Sequence record: MT446414.1
Direction: 5' to 3' (one strand)
Origin: Escherichia virus TH43
Length of the DNA stretch: 64,000 bases
Shown here: in pieces, positions 39,542-47,112 of the stretch
Layout of the letters: each line of letters opens with the position of its first letter
How positions within the stretch are numbered: position 1 is the first letter of the stretch
The notes under the pieces: generated by a model
The model's database searches: none
Seen by the model: only the letters and a program-made list of their open reading frames with translations
What the model was told of the DNA's origin: nothing
Position numbers and translations under genes: made by a program

Positions 39542-39759
39542 TCTTAACTCAATCCCACCTTTGCCCTATCTGTAAGAAAGCGCGTGCTAATAACAACCAT
39601 CGCAAGTGTAGTAGAATCTTACAACGACGTCGTAATGATGCCGAGATGGATAAGCTGCACAAAAATCAGCATGAGCACGAAAGAAAACAAGCGGCGATTA
39701 GTGCATCTTCTGTAATGTATCGTCGTGTAAGATCACTCCAATATAGGGAGGTTATTTAA
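39538..39759 (+). CDS. hypothetical basic protein, 73 aa
   Basis: ATGA overlap with upstream gene; CPICKK ... HRKC Cys/His cluster. Confidence 0.4.
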   Translation: MILTQSHLCPICKKARANNNHRKCSRILQRRRNDAEMDKLHKNQHEHERKQAAISASSVMYRRVRSLQYREVI

Positions 39760-39968
39760 TGACCAGCTTAAGCACGTTAGAGAAGAAAGCTACTCGTTTG
39801 TTAGGGCGTCGTGTCCGCTATCACTACCTGAATAAAGGCAAGGCATTAACCGGACGTATTACCACGGTATCCAGTTGTCGCGGTAAACTGATCTCTGTAA
39901 GTGTTCTCTTTGATGGCGAACGGGTAGCAATTACGCGTAGCTGGAAGTCGTTTAGTTTGATTGATTAA
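39759..39968 (+). CDS. small protein with SH3/KOW-like barrel signature
   Basis: LGRRVRYHY ... GRITTV ... V.FDGERV pattern; shares the GRRV core with 40039 and 41664 ORFs. Confidence 0.4.
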   Translation: MTSLSTLEKKATRLLGRRVRYHYLNKGKALTGRITTVSSCRGKLISVSVLFDGERVAITRSWKSFSLID

Positions 39969-40038
39969 GTTATTTGGTTAAGCCTTGCTATGTGGTAAGG
40001 CTTGCACGATATAATTTATCAGCGAAAGGAATAAAGCA

Positions 40039-40482
40039 ATGGCTAAATCTAAAATCAGCATGAAAGGCGGGCGTGTGTTCTCGATGAGTGAACTGGAAAA
40101 AGATAAGCCAGTCGCCACTAACCACGTTAGCAAACGTAGCCTTAAACGTAGAGCTATCAAACAAGCCGCTCAAGAACATAAACCGTCTACCGTAGCAAAG
40201 GTGTTAGGGCGTCGTGTTCACCGTGCTGATGCGCTTCTTCTTGCTGATCATAAGCGTTCCTTGTTAACCAACGGTGCAGCGAAAACAGAAGAAGAGAAAC
40301 GTTTAGAAATCTTCTGTAATGGTCGCACTAAGGGTAAGCAAAAGAATAAAGGTAGCACTAAGCCACCGAAAGCTTTCCCTACTACCAGCCAATGTGCACC
40401 TGATGTTTTCTACGCTGACAGTCAGCATAAATGGGGAGTCGAAAAATACATCGACCCCATCAAGGAAGCGAGAGTGAAGTAA
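40039..40482 (+). CDS. basic, probably nucleic-acid-binding protein, 147 aa
   Basis: Lys/Arg-rich; AAAGGA upstream of ATG. Confidence 0.45.
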   Translation: MAKSKISMKGGRVFSMSELEKDKPVATNHVSKRSLKRRAIKQAAQEHKPSTVAKVLGRRVHRADALLLADHKRSLLTNGAAKTEEEKRLEIFCNGRTKGKQKNKGSTKPPKAFPTTSQCAPDVFYADSQHKWGVEKYIDPIKEARVK

Positions 40483-40514
40483 GCCTCTTCTCTGTACCAG
40501 TAGTCAACTACTAT

Positions 40515-40540
40515 GACGCTCTTCTTGAGCGTCTTTGTGT
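40515..40540 (+). terminator. intrinsic terminator 1 of a cluster
   Basis: GACGCTC ttctt GAGCGTC followed by TTTGTGT. Confidence 0.5.
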
Positions 40541-40542
40541 CT

Positions 40543-40564
40543 GCCGCCTTTGTGCGGCTTTTTG
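40543..40564 (+). terminator. intrinsic terminator 2 of a cluster
   Basis: GCCGC ctttgt GCGGC followed by TTTTTG. Confidence 0.5.
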
Positions 40565-40713
40565 CGTAGCTAGTGATGCCTAAAGGGAAAGCCCTTTGTG
40601 AATCATTGGCATGGTTCAATCCCTATTGGATGGTCATTTGACCGGGCCTTTAACGAGGCCGCTTTTTTAAGAGTCTTTACGAGGATTCTTAAATGAGTGA
40701 GGTCATGTTCACT

Positions 40714-40741
40714 CTTTCAGGTCGCCCCGTCTTCGGATGGG
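40714..40741 (+). terminator. intrinsic terminator 3 (strongest)
   Basis: GCCCC gtcttcggat GGGGC followed by TTTTTTAT. Confidence 0.65.
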
Positions 40742-40801
40742 GCTTTTTTATGCCCGTAAAACAGGAGGTAGTAAGTTCTGATAACGACAGCCCAGCTACT
40801 T

Positions 40802-41188
40802 TTGACATTGACTATTTATTATGAGGCAGGGAATCAGCCAACCGCTTGCAAAGCATTAGTAGCGGATACCGTAATAAACAGAATGTCACAACGAAAACTG
40901 ACTGCCGAGCAGGTTATAAACCAACGAAACCAGTTCGAGTGGATACCCGTCTTATTAAAGAAGGAGAAACCTTTCAAACGTTATGTAAAGCTAATTCGTG
41001 ATGATAACCCTCTGACGAAGAAGTCAATCAGGGAGAGCGAGCAGCTTGCAAGACGTGCACTGAAGAAAAGTTATGTGCCTTTGTATAGCGGTACATACTT
41101 TCAGAGTAAGAGCGAAGGGGTGCCAAAGTGGTATACCAATCCAATGTATTGTGGTGATTTAGTGTTCAATAATAGTGCCCGTGACTGA
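40802..41188 (+). CDS. putative SleB-like cell-wall hydrolase domain protein
   Basis: LTIYYEAGNQ ... LVADTVINR ... NQFEW resembles the Hydrolase_2 signature as recalled; strong AGGAGGT at 40762-40768 implies a non-AUG start upstream of the track TTG start. Confidence 0.4.
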   Translation: MTLTIYYEAGNQPTACKALVADTVINRMSQRKLTAEQVINQRNQFEWIPVLLKKEKPFKRYVKLIRDDNPLTKKSIRESEQLARRALKKSYVPLYSGTYFQSKSEGVPKWYTNPMYCGDLVFNNSARD

Positions 41189-41389
41189 TTCATAGGTGCC
41201 AAGATTGACAAACTAAATTCCCTTATAAATCACCTACTTATGATTTTCTCTGCAAAAAGTGGTAGTGATTCGGAACCAGAGGTAATGACTGTATATAGAC
41301 CTCTGAAAATTATTGATAGAAATTAAGTTTAGAAATAATAAATTCTAAATAATATTTCTTATAATATCTTACTTTAAGAGGATAAAGAT

Positions 41390-41695
41390 ATGACTTTAGA
41401 GGTTTATAAGCTCCTTCTCGTACTCACTGTAACGATTTCTACTCTAGGATTTATTGCTTTAAGTAATAAGTCAGCAAGCTGGAAGCGTCGTTATGAGTTC
41501 CTTCTTAAGCAAGAGGAAGTCTTTAATGCTGATATTCGTTCCAAGTTGGTCAAGATGCAGGAGCAAATTGAAGCACGTAATGATCGTTTGGCTTCTTTGG
41601 GTTGGGAGATTAAGCGTATTCAAGATCTCAATAAGCAACTCACTGAAGAAATTAAACGCCAGAATGAGGAAACAGAGGATGCGCTCAAGGGTTAA
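41390..41695 (+). CDS. membrane-anchored coiled-coil protein, 101 aa
   Basis: N-terminal transmembrane segment LLLVLTVTISTLGFIAL then charged coiled coil; AGAGGA upstream. Confidence 0.45.
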   Translation: MTLEVYKLLLVLTVTISTLGFIALSNKSASWKRRYEFLLKQEEVFNADIRSKLVKMQEQIEARNDRLASLGWEIKRIQDLNKQLTEEIKRQNEETEDALKG

Positions 41696-41855
41696 GTTCA
41701 CCACTGGTCACACTGTTCGCCTTGTTGGCGGTACTCAAACAGGTGTTATTCGTCGGAGAACAACGATTGATGGTGTTCTCTGTTATCTTGTTCAGTGGAA
41801 TGGTGAATCCTCTCCTTCCTTCGAACGTCGTACTGATTTGGTGTTAATCAAATGA
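41664..41855 (+). CDS. small SH3/KOW-like protein
   Basis: HTVRLVGGTQTGVIRRRT ... YLVQWNG pattern; start uncertain (ATG 41664 or 41679). Confidence 0.35.
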   Translation: MRKQRMRSRVKFTTGHTVRLVGGTQTGVIRRRTTIDGVLCYLVQWNGESSPSFERRTDLVLIK

Positions 41856-42082
41856 AAATTAATCTCCCATCTTTAGTTGTTACTAAAAAGCTCAGCGATC
41901 TACGTCCGGGTGATGTATTCCGTCTACCAACTAACTCTGAACACCTCTATCTAAAGACAGACACCTGCCTGAATGATATGCATCGTGTGGTTGGTCTTCG
42001 TCAGGGAACACTATTCCAGTTACAGGAACATCATGAAGTTATCCCTGTATTTGATGTTCAAGTGACTAATATTGGTGGTTAA
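41852..42082 (+). CDS. small protein, PGDVF-motif family member 1
   Basis: LSDLRPGDVFRL motif; ATGA overlap with upstream gene. Confidence 0.5.
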   Translation: MKINLPSLVVTKKLSDLRPGDVFRLPTNSEHLYLKTDTCLNDMHRVVGLRQGTLFQLQEHHEVIPVFDVQVTNIGG

Positions 42083-42307
42083 ATGAAGATTGACATTGAT
42101 AGTACGCCAGAGGTTGTAACTCTCGGAGACCTAAATCCGGGTGAAGTCTTCCAGTTTAACTACAATGAAACTCAATACTACATGCGTACTGCGTGTTATG
42201 GTGAAAACAAAAGTTATTTTGTTAACCTTTATACAGGTAAGCGTGATTCTGAGTGTAAATCGACTGTAGTCAGACCTGTACCTAACGCACAACTAACCAA
42301 CAAGTAA
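42083..42307 (+). CDS. small protein, PGDVF-motif family member 2
   Basis: LGDLNPGEVFQF motif; tandem to member 1. Confidence 0.5.
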   Translation: MKIDIDSTPEVVTLGDLNPGEVFQFNYNETQYYMRTACYGENKSYFVNLYTGKRDSECKSTVVRPVPNAQLTNK

Positions 42308-42431
42308 CATCGACTTATAGCCCTTGTGCTTATCAGAGGGCTATGTGAGGATGTTCCTCAATTAACTATAATCTCAATGCCATATGGCTCACCGCTAGGG
42401 CGAGACTTGTCTCAAACATCCGGTGATAGAC
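42308..42431 (+). repeat. conserved structured intergenic element, copy A
   Basis: Hairpin ATAGCCCT-12nt-AGGGCTAT (42317-42344), then GCTAGGG and second hairpin GAGAC..GTCTC, then AACATCCGgtGATAG; near-identical copy at 48221. Confidence 0.6.
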
Positions 42432-42609
42432 TAAAACCTGTTAATTTTCGAATGGCATTCCGATATGTAGGGGTATGTATCGGTTTGGGATAGAGAACAA
42501 TCTAGGGGTAGAAAGTTCTCGACAGTTTGTACAAGCGGAAGCCTTAACGTGTAGGGCTTCCCTTTATATTAACTGGCAATCCTGCCTCCATTAACAAAGA
42601 GAGAACGTT

Positions 42610-42750
42610 ATGAAAAAGACAACCAAACGTATGAACCGTCCTGAACGTATGGATGCAGTAGCAAATGGTGCTCTGAAGATTGAGTCTGCCATGCTCCGTC
42701 TGACAACTAACATCCGTAAACGTCAGGGTGATTGGTTCTATGGCGGCTGA
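42610..42750 (+). CDS. small basic ORF, 46 aa
   Basis: ATG with AGAGAG upstream; below the track length cutoff. Confidence 0.3.
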   Translation: MKKTTKRMNRPERMDAVANGALKIESAMLRLTTNIRKRQGDWFYGG

Positions 42751-42943
42751 GCATGACATTGGTATTCGTGAGATTATTCGTCTTGCGATAATTGACCATC
42801 CTAATAGTCGTGATGGTTTGTTGTTACAGATCTCTAAATGTCTCAATTGCGATCGGGATGTAGCAAAAGAGTTGTTCTATGCATTCCTGTATAATGCAGA
42901 AGATCGCTTCTTGAATAACAAACTGCGTAGTGCTTGCACTTAA
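42740..42943 (+). CDS. hypothetical protein, 67 aa
   Basis: ATG at 42740; track start 42728 is GTG. Confidence 0.35.
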   Translation: MAAEHDIGIREIIRLAIIDHPNSRDGLLLQISKCLNCDRDVAKELFYAFLYNAEDRFLNNKLRSACT

Positions 42944-42949
42944 ATAAGA

Positions 42950-42980
42950 GGCTGCCCTTCGGGGTGGCCTTTGTTGTTTT
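42950..42980 (+). terminator. intrinsic terminator
   Basis: GGCTGCCC ttcg GGGTGGCC followed by TTTGTTGTTTT. Confidence 0.55.
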
Positions 42981-43023
42981 AATTAAGGGGCAACTCTTAC
43001 TTAAACTAACAAGAGAGGTTGGT

Positions 43024-43233
43024 ATGAACATTCGTTTAGTTCGTAAACAAGATGGCAGACAGGTTGTGCTAGGTGAGATTGTTTGTGCTGCACACAACCT
43101 ACTCCCTGAAAAAGATGAAACTATCTGGTTTGATGGAGAACAGCGCCGAGTATTATCGGTTGTTAAATCCTTTGAGCCAAAACGCAACAATGAAAAAGCT
43201 CTTACCTGTTGGTTTGAGGTTGACATTACATAA
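43024..43233 (+). CDS. hypothetical protein, 69 aa
   Basis: ATG with GAGG upstream; track ORF 42934 trimmed. Confidence 0.45.
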   Translation: MNIRLVRKQDGRQVVLGEIVCAAHNLLPEKDETIWFDGEQRRVLSVVKSFEPKRNNEKALTCWFEVDIT

Positions 43234-43242
43234 GGGGTTGAT

Positions 43243-43494
43243 GTGTTCAATCGTTTATTTGACCGTAAAGGTCGCACTGACATACTGATACCTTCTATCG
43301 GTGTGCCAGCTAAGTTCGGTGAGATACGTGCTGGTGACTTCTTCATGGAATCAGGTCGTCTTCATCTGAAGATCAACCTCGATCACGCTGTTGAAATCCT
43401 CAGTGATGATAAGCCAATCATCGGCACTTCGGTGTACAGTGCAAACCATACTGTATTTGTTGTCAATGTTCAGATTGAGATTAAATCACCATGA
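43243..43494 (+). CDS. small protein, PGDVF-motif family member 3 (divergent)
   Basis: GEIRAGDFFME motif; GTG start with AAGGGG upstream. Confidence 0.45.
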   Translation: MFNRLFDRKGRTDILIPSIGVPAKFGEIRAGDFFMESGRLHLKINLDHAVEILSDDKPIIGTSVYSANHTVFVVNVQIEIKSP

Positions 43495-43748
43495 AGACAA
43501 ACTTCCGAGCAGCAGTTATTACGAAAGTAATAGCAGTTGGCGATGTAATGATGCAGGTTCCTCTGAACACTCGTTACATTGCCATTGACCGAATGGGTTA
43601 TGTGTGGGCTTGGAAGTGGAAGCCTACTTATAACGAACTGTTCGACGAATACCAGTGCGCTGGACCTTACATGCCAACCTTAATCGGTGTGTATGAAGAT
43701 GGTCCTTGTCGTACTCCTCAGTTAATCGAACTACCGGCGTGTGCTTAA
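43491..43748 (+). CDS. hypothetical protein, 85 aa
   Basis: ATGA overlap with upstream gene. Confidence 0.45.
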   Translation: MKTNFRAAVITKVIAVGDVMMQVPLNTRYIAIDRMGYVWAWKWKPTYNELFDEYQCAGPYMPTLIGVYEDGPCRTPQLIELPACA

Positions 43749-43749
43749 T

Positions 43750-43911
43750 ATGATTAAGTGGCTAAAGCGTGTCTTCCATTGTCATGATTGGAAGATTATT
43801 AACACCCGTCCTCTGGTCTATACAGATTCAGATGGGAACAATGACAAGGGCACACGTTACGTTATTCAGTGTAAGGTGTGTGGTGATGTTAGTCATCGTG
43901 ATGTAATCTAA
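43750..43911 (+). CDS. small zinc-ribbon-like protein, paralog 1 (53 aa)
   Basis: MIKWLKRVFHCHDW ... CKVCGD; below track cutoff. Confidence 0.45.
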   Translation: MIKWLKRVFHCHDWKIINTRPLVYTDSDGNNDKGTRYVIQCKVCGDVSHRDVI

Positions 43912-43920
43912 GGAATCATT

Positions 43921-44085
43921 ATGATTAAATGGTTCAAACGTCTATTTCATTTCCATGAGTGGGAAGATCTTTCTACTTATGAACTGACGATCACAAATAA
44001 ACTTACTGACAGAGAGCGACAAGGGTTGCGTATCTACTCTCGCTGTAAAGTGTGTGGTCTGCACAAGAAAACAGACCTGATTTAA
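43921..44085 (+). CDS. small zinc-ribbon-like protein, paralog 2 (54 aa)
   Basis: MIKWFKRLFHFHEW ... CKVCGL; AAGGA upstream. Confidence 0.45.
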   Translation: MIKWFKRLFHFHEWEDLSTYELTITNKLTDRERQGLRIYSRCKVCGLHKKTDLI

Positions 44086-44093
44086 GGGGTGTT

Positions 44094-44303
44094 ATGTTCT
44101 TTCGTAAGAAAAAGCCCGAAGATTCTGGATGTAAACACGAGTGGGTGATCACTGAAAACCTTCAAATCACTCACGCTAAAGACACTCCAGTCGAGAGAAA
44201 AGAGTCTCGTGTATCTCGTATCTGTAAACGCTGTTTGAAAATAGAACAGCATAAAGTTCCCGGTCATATCGGTCACGATGTGGCCTTGCGTATCTTCAGT
44301 TAA
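44094..44303 (+). CDS. small zinc-ribbon-like protein, paralog 3 (69 aa)
   Basis: CKHEW ... CKRC; AAGGGG upstream; track start 44052 trimmed. Confidence 0.45.
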   Translation: MFFRKKKPEDSGCKHEWVITENLQITHAKDTPVERKESRVSRICKRCLKIEQHKVPGHIGHDVALRIFS

Positions 44304-44337
44304 ACAAACTCAGCATCCTTAGCTCAATGGAGGGGTT

Positions 44338-44760
44338 TTGAAGATAGAGTTAGAATACCCCTTCGTTAATGACTGGCGATTGGGCTACTTAAGAACAAGC
44401 AGAGACGGTAGGAAGCGTGTTGATTTGTATAATACCGACACGGAGAGGACAACCATTTCTTACGCAAGATATTTAATGTCTTGTCACATAGGCAGGTACC
44501 TAACTGAAGACGAGGAGGTTGATCATATTGACAGAAATAAAACTAATGATGACATATCTAATCTTCAGATACTTTCCATAGAAAATCACAGAAAGAAGTC
44601 AACATTAGAAGCAACTACTGGAAGAACAATGATTTCAGTTGTTTGCTCTTATTGTGGAAGATCTTTTGAAAAAGAAAAGCGAAATGTTAAATATGCAAAT
44701 TCTTTTTGTAACAGATCATGTGCAGGTAAGTATAACGGTTTCAAATCTATCGGGGCGTAG
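44338..44760 (+). CDS. HNH homing endonuclease
   Basis: EVDHIDRNKTNDDISNLQILSIENHRKK is a classic HNH core, plus C-terminal CxxC ... C...C; TTG start with GGAGGGG upstream. Confidence 0.65.
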   Translation: MKIELEYPFVNDWRLGYLRTSRDGRKRVDLYNTDTERTTISYARYLMSCHIGRYLTEDEEVDHIDRNKTNDDISNLQILSIENHRKKSTLEATTGRTMISVVCSYCGRSFEKEKRNVKYANSFCNRSCAGKYNGFKSIGA

Positions 44761-44826
44761 TCTAGTGGAACAGGCAGCGAGCTTCTAACTCGCCTTACGA
44801 GGGTTCGAATCCTTCCGTCCCGACCA
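44751..44826 (+). tRNA. tRNA-Arg (anticodon UCU)
   Basis: Manual cloverleaf: acceptor CGGGGCG/CGTCCCG, D-arm GTCT-AGTGGAAC-AGGC, anticodon arm GCGAG-CTTCTAA-CTCGC, T-arm GAGGG-TTCGAAT-CCTTC, discriminator A, encoded CCA; 76 nt. Confidence 0.8.
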
Positions 44827-44837
44827 ATTTTAAACAA

Positions 44838-44952
44838 GGGCTAGTATGGGTACGGCACCAGAGTTAGTGTATCCCTGTTGAGGCAAGTGCTTTTATAACA
44901 GTGGGAATTGCTTTCTTAGTGAGCTTCTGGTTCGATTCCAGATAGTCCACCA
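44838..44952 (+). ncRNA. tRNA-like element of aberrant length (about 115 nt)
   Basis: Canonical T-arm TCTGG-TTCGATT-CCAGA and CCA end; acceptor pairing GGGCTA/TAGTCC only if the 5' end is at 44838; internal hairpin 44872-44906; no standard cloverleaf found by hand. Confidence 0.35.
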
Positions 44953-44971
44953 AATCAAATAGGAGGTGCTT

Positions 44972-45298
44972 ATGAGTTGGGGTGGTGTAATTACCTTAAC
45001 CTGTATCTTTATCGCCTGTGTAGCTCTTACAGGCTGCGTACAGCATCGTCCTGATGGATGGTGTGCATTATCGGTAGAAGGTGTCTGTGTTTCCCGTTGG
45101 CATAGCGGGGAGAAGATTCCTAGTGGTGAAATTGATATGCGTTATGCTGGTGCTTCTTGTTCCAATGGCGGTGCTGTTGACGAGAAGGCTTATGCAAAGC
45201 GTGATATGGCTACCCAAGGTGATTGGTCACGTTATGACTTCATCTCCCGTGGTGAGCTGTGTGGTGGCTCTGTGACAACAACAGGTAAGGAGTGGTGA
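44972..45298 (+). CDS. putative lipoprotein (Cys-rich)
   Basis: Signal peptide ending in lipobox-like LTGC; AGGAGGT upstream of ATG 44972. Confidence 0.5.
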   Translation: MSWGGVITLTCIFIACVALTGCVQHRPDGWCALSVEGVCVSRWHSGEKIPSGEIDMRYAGASCSNGGAVDEKAYAKRDMATQGDWSRYDFISRGELCGGSVTTTGKEW

Positions 45299-45299
45299 T

Positions 45300-45554
45300 A
45301 TGTCCGGTCATTATTCTGATACGAAAGCTCTACTTGAAACAGCGGCTCAAACTTCATGCCAACAGCAAGTAAAAATGCTGTTGGTTGATATCCGTAATCT
45401 TCGTTGGCTTATTAAAGAAGGTCATCTCGGTAACGCTGCCTATTACAACGTTAAAGATATCCTTCGCCGCCAGCACTTTCTTATCCACGGAAACGTGGTA
45501 ACTCGCAACTATCAATGGAACGGTGAATGGTTACAGCAGCGTATGTCCTCCTGA
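45300..45554 (+). CDS. hypothetical protein, 84 aa
   Basis: ATG two nt after the upstream stop. Confidence 0.4.
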   Translation: MSGHYSDTKALLETAAQTSCQQQVKMLLVDIRNLRWLIKEGHLGNAAYYNVKDILRRQHFLIHGNVVTRNYQWNGEWLQQRMSS

Positions 45555-45781
45555 TTTATGTTATTGGTTGGTGGTTGGCAGCCATTGTAGTTAAATGGTG
45601 CTTCAAAACCAATACACTCTACAACTTCTTCCATTCCTCATGGAGTGGTAAGCCTGATGAATACTCTATTTGGACGGTGATATTCTTCTGGCCTTTTATG
45701 CTGATCTTTATCCTCTTCTTACCTTTACTTATGTTGATAGGCTGGGTAATGGATAAGGTGACAGTCTTTATTACTAAGTAA
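45527..45781 (+). CDS. small integral membrane protein
   Basis: Two or three hydrophobic helices (WWLAAIVV..., IFFWPFMLIFILFLPLLMLIGWV). Confidence 0.4.
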   Translation: MVTAAYVLLIYVIGWWLAAIVVKWCFKTNTLYNFFHSSWSGKPDEYSIWTVIFFWPFMLIFILFLPLLMLIGWVMDKVTVFITK

Positions 45782-45800
45782 TATCATCCTTGGAGTTTTT

Positions 45801-46049
45801 ATGTCTTCTAAAAAGAAAGAACTGTTCAACAAACGCCTTTCTGATGCCCTTCAGTGGCGTCGTGATGTTGCTAATGGCTGCGTAAAAGCAAGCTATGAAA
45901 CATTCAGTGGGTTTGATGAAACCTATGCAGGGTTCAAAGGAAGCATCTCCTGTGATGATCTCGATAAGATTTGTGAAAAGTCTTATGAGATGGAAGATAA
46001 TCTTTGTATTGGCTGGAGCATGGGGGAGCTTCGTCCCAACACTAAGTAA
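45801..46049 (+). CDS. hypothetical protein, 82 aa
   Basis: ATG with GGAG upstream. Confidence 0.45.
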   Translation: MSSKKKELFNKRLSDALQWRRDVANGCVKASYETFSGFDETYAGFKGSISCDDLDKICEKSYEMEDNLCIGWSMGELRPNTK

Positions 46050-46325
46050 TATCGTGAAGGATTCTTACGAGAGTCCTTTGAGATAGGACTTCAGATCTCC
46101 TATCAACTAACCGCTCAATGTTGAGCATTTTAATCACATAAGCCCCTCATGGGCTGGGTTTAATGCCGGTAAGCGTTTTATGCTATCCACTACAGCATCG
46201 GATTGTTAGGTCTTACATGCAACATTAATTAATAGGATATGGGAGGATTCGTCCCCTCCCCCTATTTATGAAAGCATTCTTCCGAGAGTTCTCTCATAAA
46301 TTGGTCCATAACTAAAGGTGGTAAA

Positions 46326-46580
46326 ATGAAAGTTAACATGCCAGCAGGTAAAAATTCAATACCCCTCAGTGCTTTGCGACTTGGGGATTGCTTCATGTAC
46401 CCTAACAGTGAAGATGGTGATTTGTACATCTTACTGTCTACCGAGTTCTCAACTCGCTTGTGCATTAAGGGTGCGGACGAGCACAGACTTGTAGCCTGTC
46501 TTAACACAGGCCGAGCGACAGCGCCTCGTAAAGATGTTGCTGTTATTCCTATTAAAGCTGAAGCAATTATTAAGGAATAA
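46326..46580 (+). CDS. small protein, PGDVF-motif family member 4
   Basis: LSALRLGDCFMY motif; AAGGTGG upstream. Confidence 0.45.
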   Translation: MKVNMPAGKNSIPLSALRLGDCFMYPNSEDGDLYILLSTEFSTRLCIKGADEHRLVACLNTGRATAPRKDVAVIPIKAEAIIKE

Positions 46581-46583
46581 GCA

Positions 46584-46850
46584 ATGACAGTTCTTACTAT
46601 CAATAAGACTCGTGTTGCAGATATCCCTCTGACTGTTCAGGGGATTCTTCCCGGCTCTTTCTTTACCCTTAAAGAAGATAAAGAACAAACCCTTTACATG
46701 AAGGTAAACAAAAGCTCTAACGGTTCTGAATACTCTCGAGCCGTGTCTATGCAGAGTGGGTACGTTCGTAATATGGCACCTAATATGCCAGTTGGTGTTG
46801 TATTTGAATCAGCAACTCTGGATTTAGTGGAGAAGGTTAGTGAAACGTAA
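46584..46850 (+). CDS. small protein, PGDVF-motif family member 5 (divergent)
   Basis: GILPGSFFTL motif; tandem to member 4. Confidence 0.4.
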   Translation: MTVLTINKTRVADIPLTVQGILPGSFFTLKEDKEQTLYMKVNKSSNGSEYSRAVSMQSGYVRNMAPNMPVGVVFESATLDLVEKVSET

Positions 46851-47112
46851 AGATCATCCAAAATATGTGTCACTATTGGATGCAGCCCTTCTCTGCACAT
46901 ATTGGCTCCTCATTGTTGTTGGTGTCGTGCTAATAATATGTGGTGTCGTACAGTTCTTTATGTATCTGCAAAGCGTGTTAGATATCACATTAGCTAACAC
47001 TATAATCCTTGCAATTCTCGGTATTATTGCTTTCTGTGTGATTGTCTTCTTCGTTTGGTTATCTATGAACGACGACTCTACACACCTTCTATTGACAGGA
47101 GAAAATCAGTGA
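46840..47112 (+). CDS. small membrane protein (two transmembrane helices)
   Basis: Two hydrophobic helices; GTG start overlapping upstream gene. Confidence 0.4.
   Translation: MKRKDHPKYVSLLDAALLCTYWLLIVVGVVLIICGVVQFFMYLQSVLDITLANTIILAILGIIAFCVIVFFVWLSMNDDSTHLLLTGENQ

Noticed and set aside
44838-44952. Group I intron inside the second tRNA-like element
   Set aside because: The excess length is only about 30-40 nt, far below the roughly 200+ nt of bacterial and phage group I introns; an insertion or degenerate tRNA is more plausible (kept as a low-confidence finding).
46262-46603. 113-aa - strand ORF
   Set aside because: Overlaps the + strand PGDVF-family gene 46326-46580, which is supported by paralogy and a ribosome-binding site; this is the only - strand ORF in an otherwise uniformly + strand early region.
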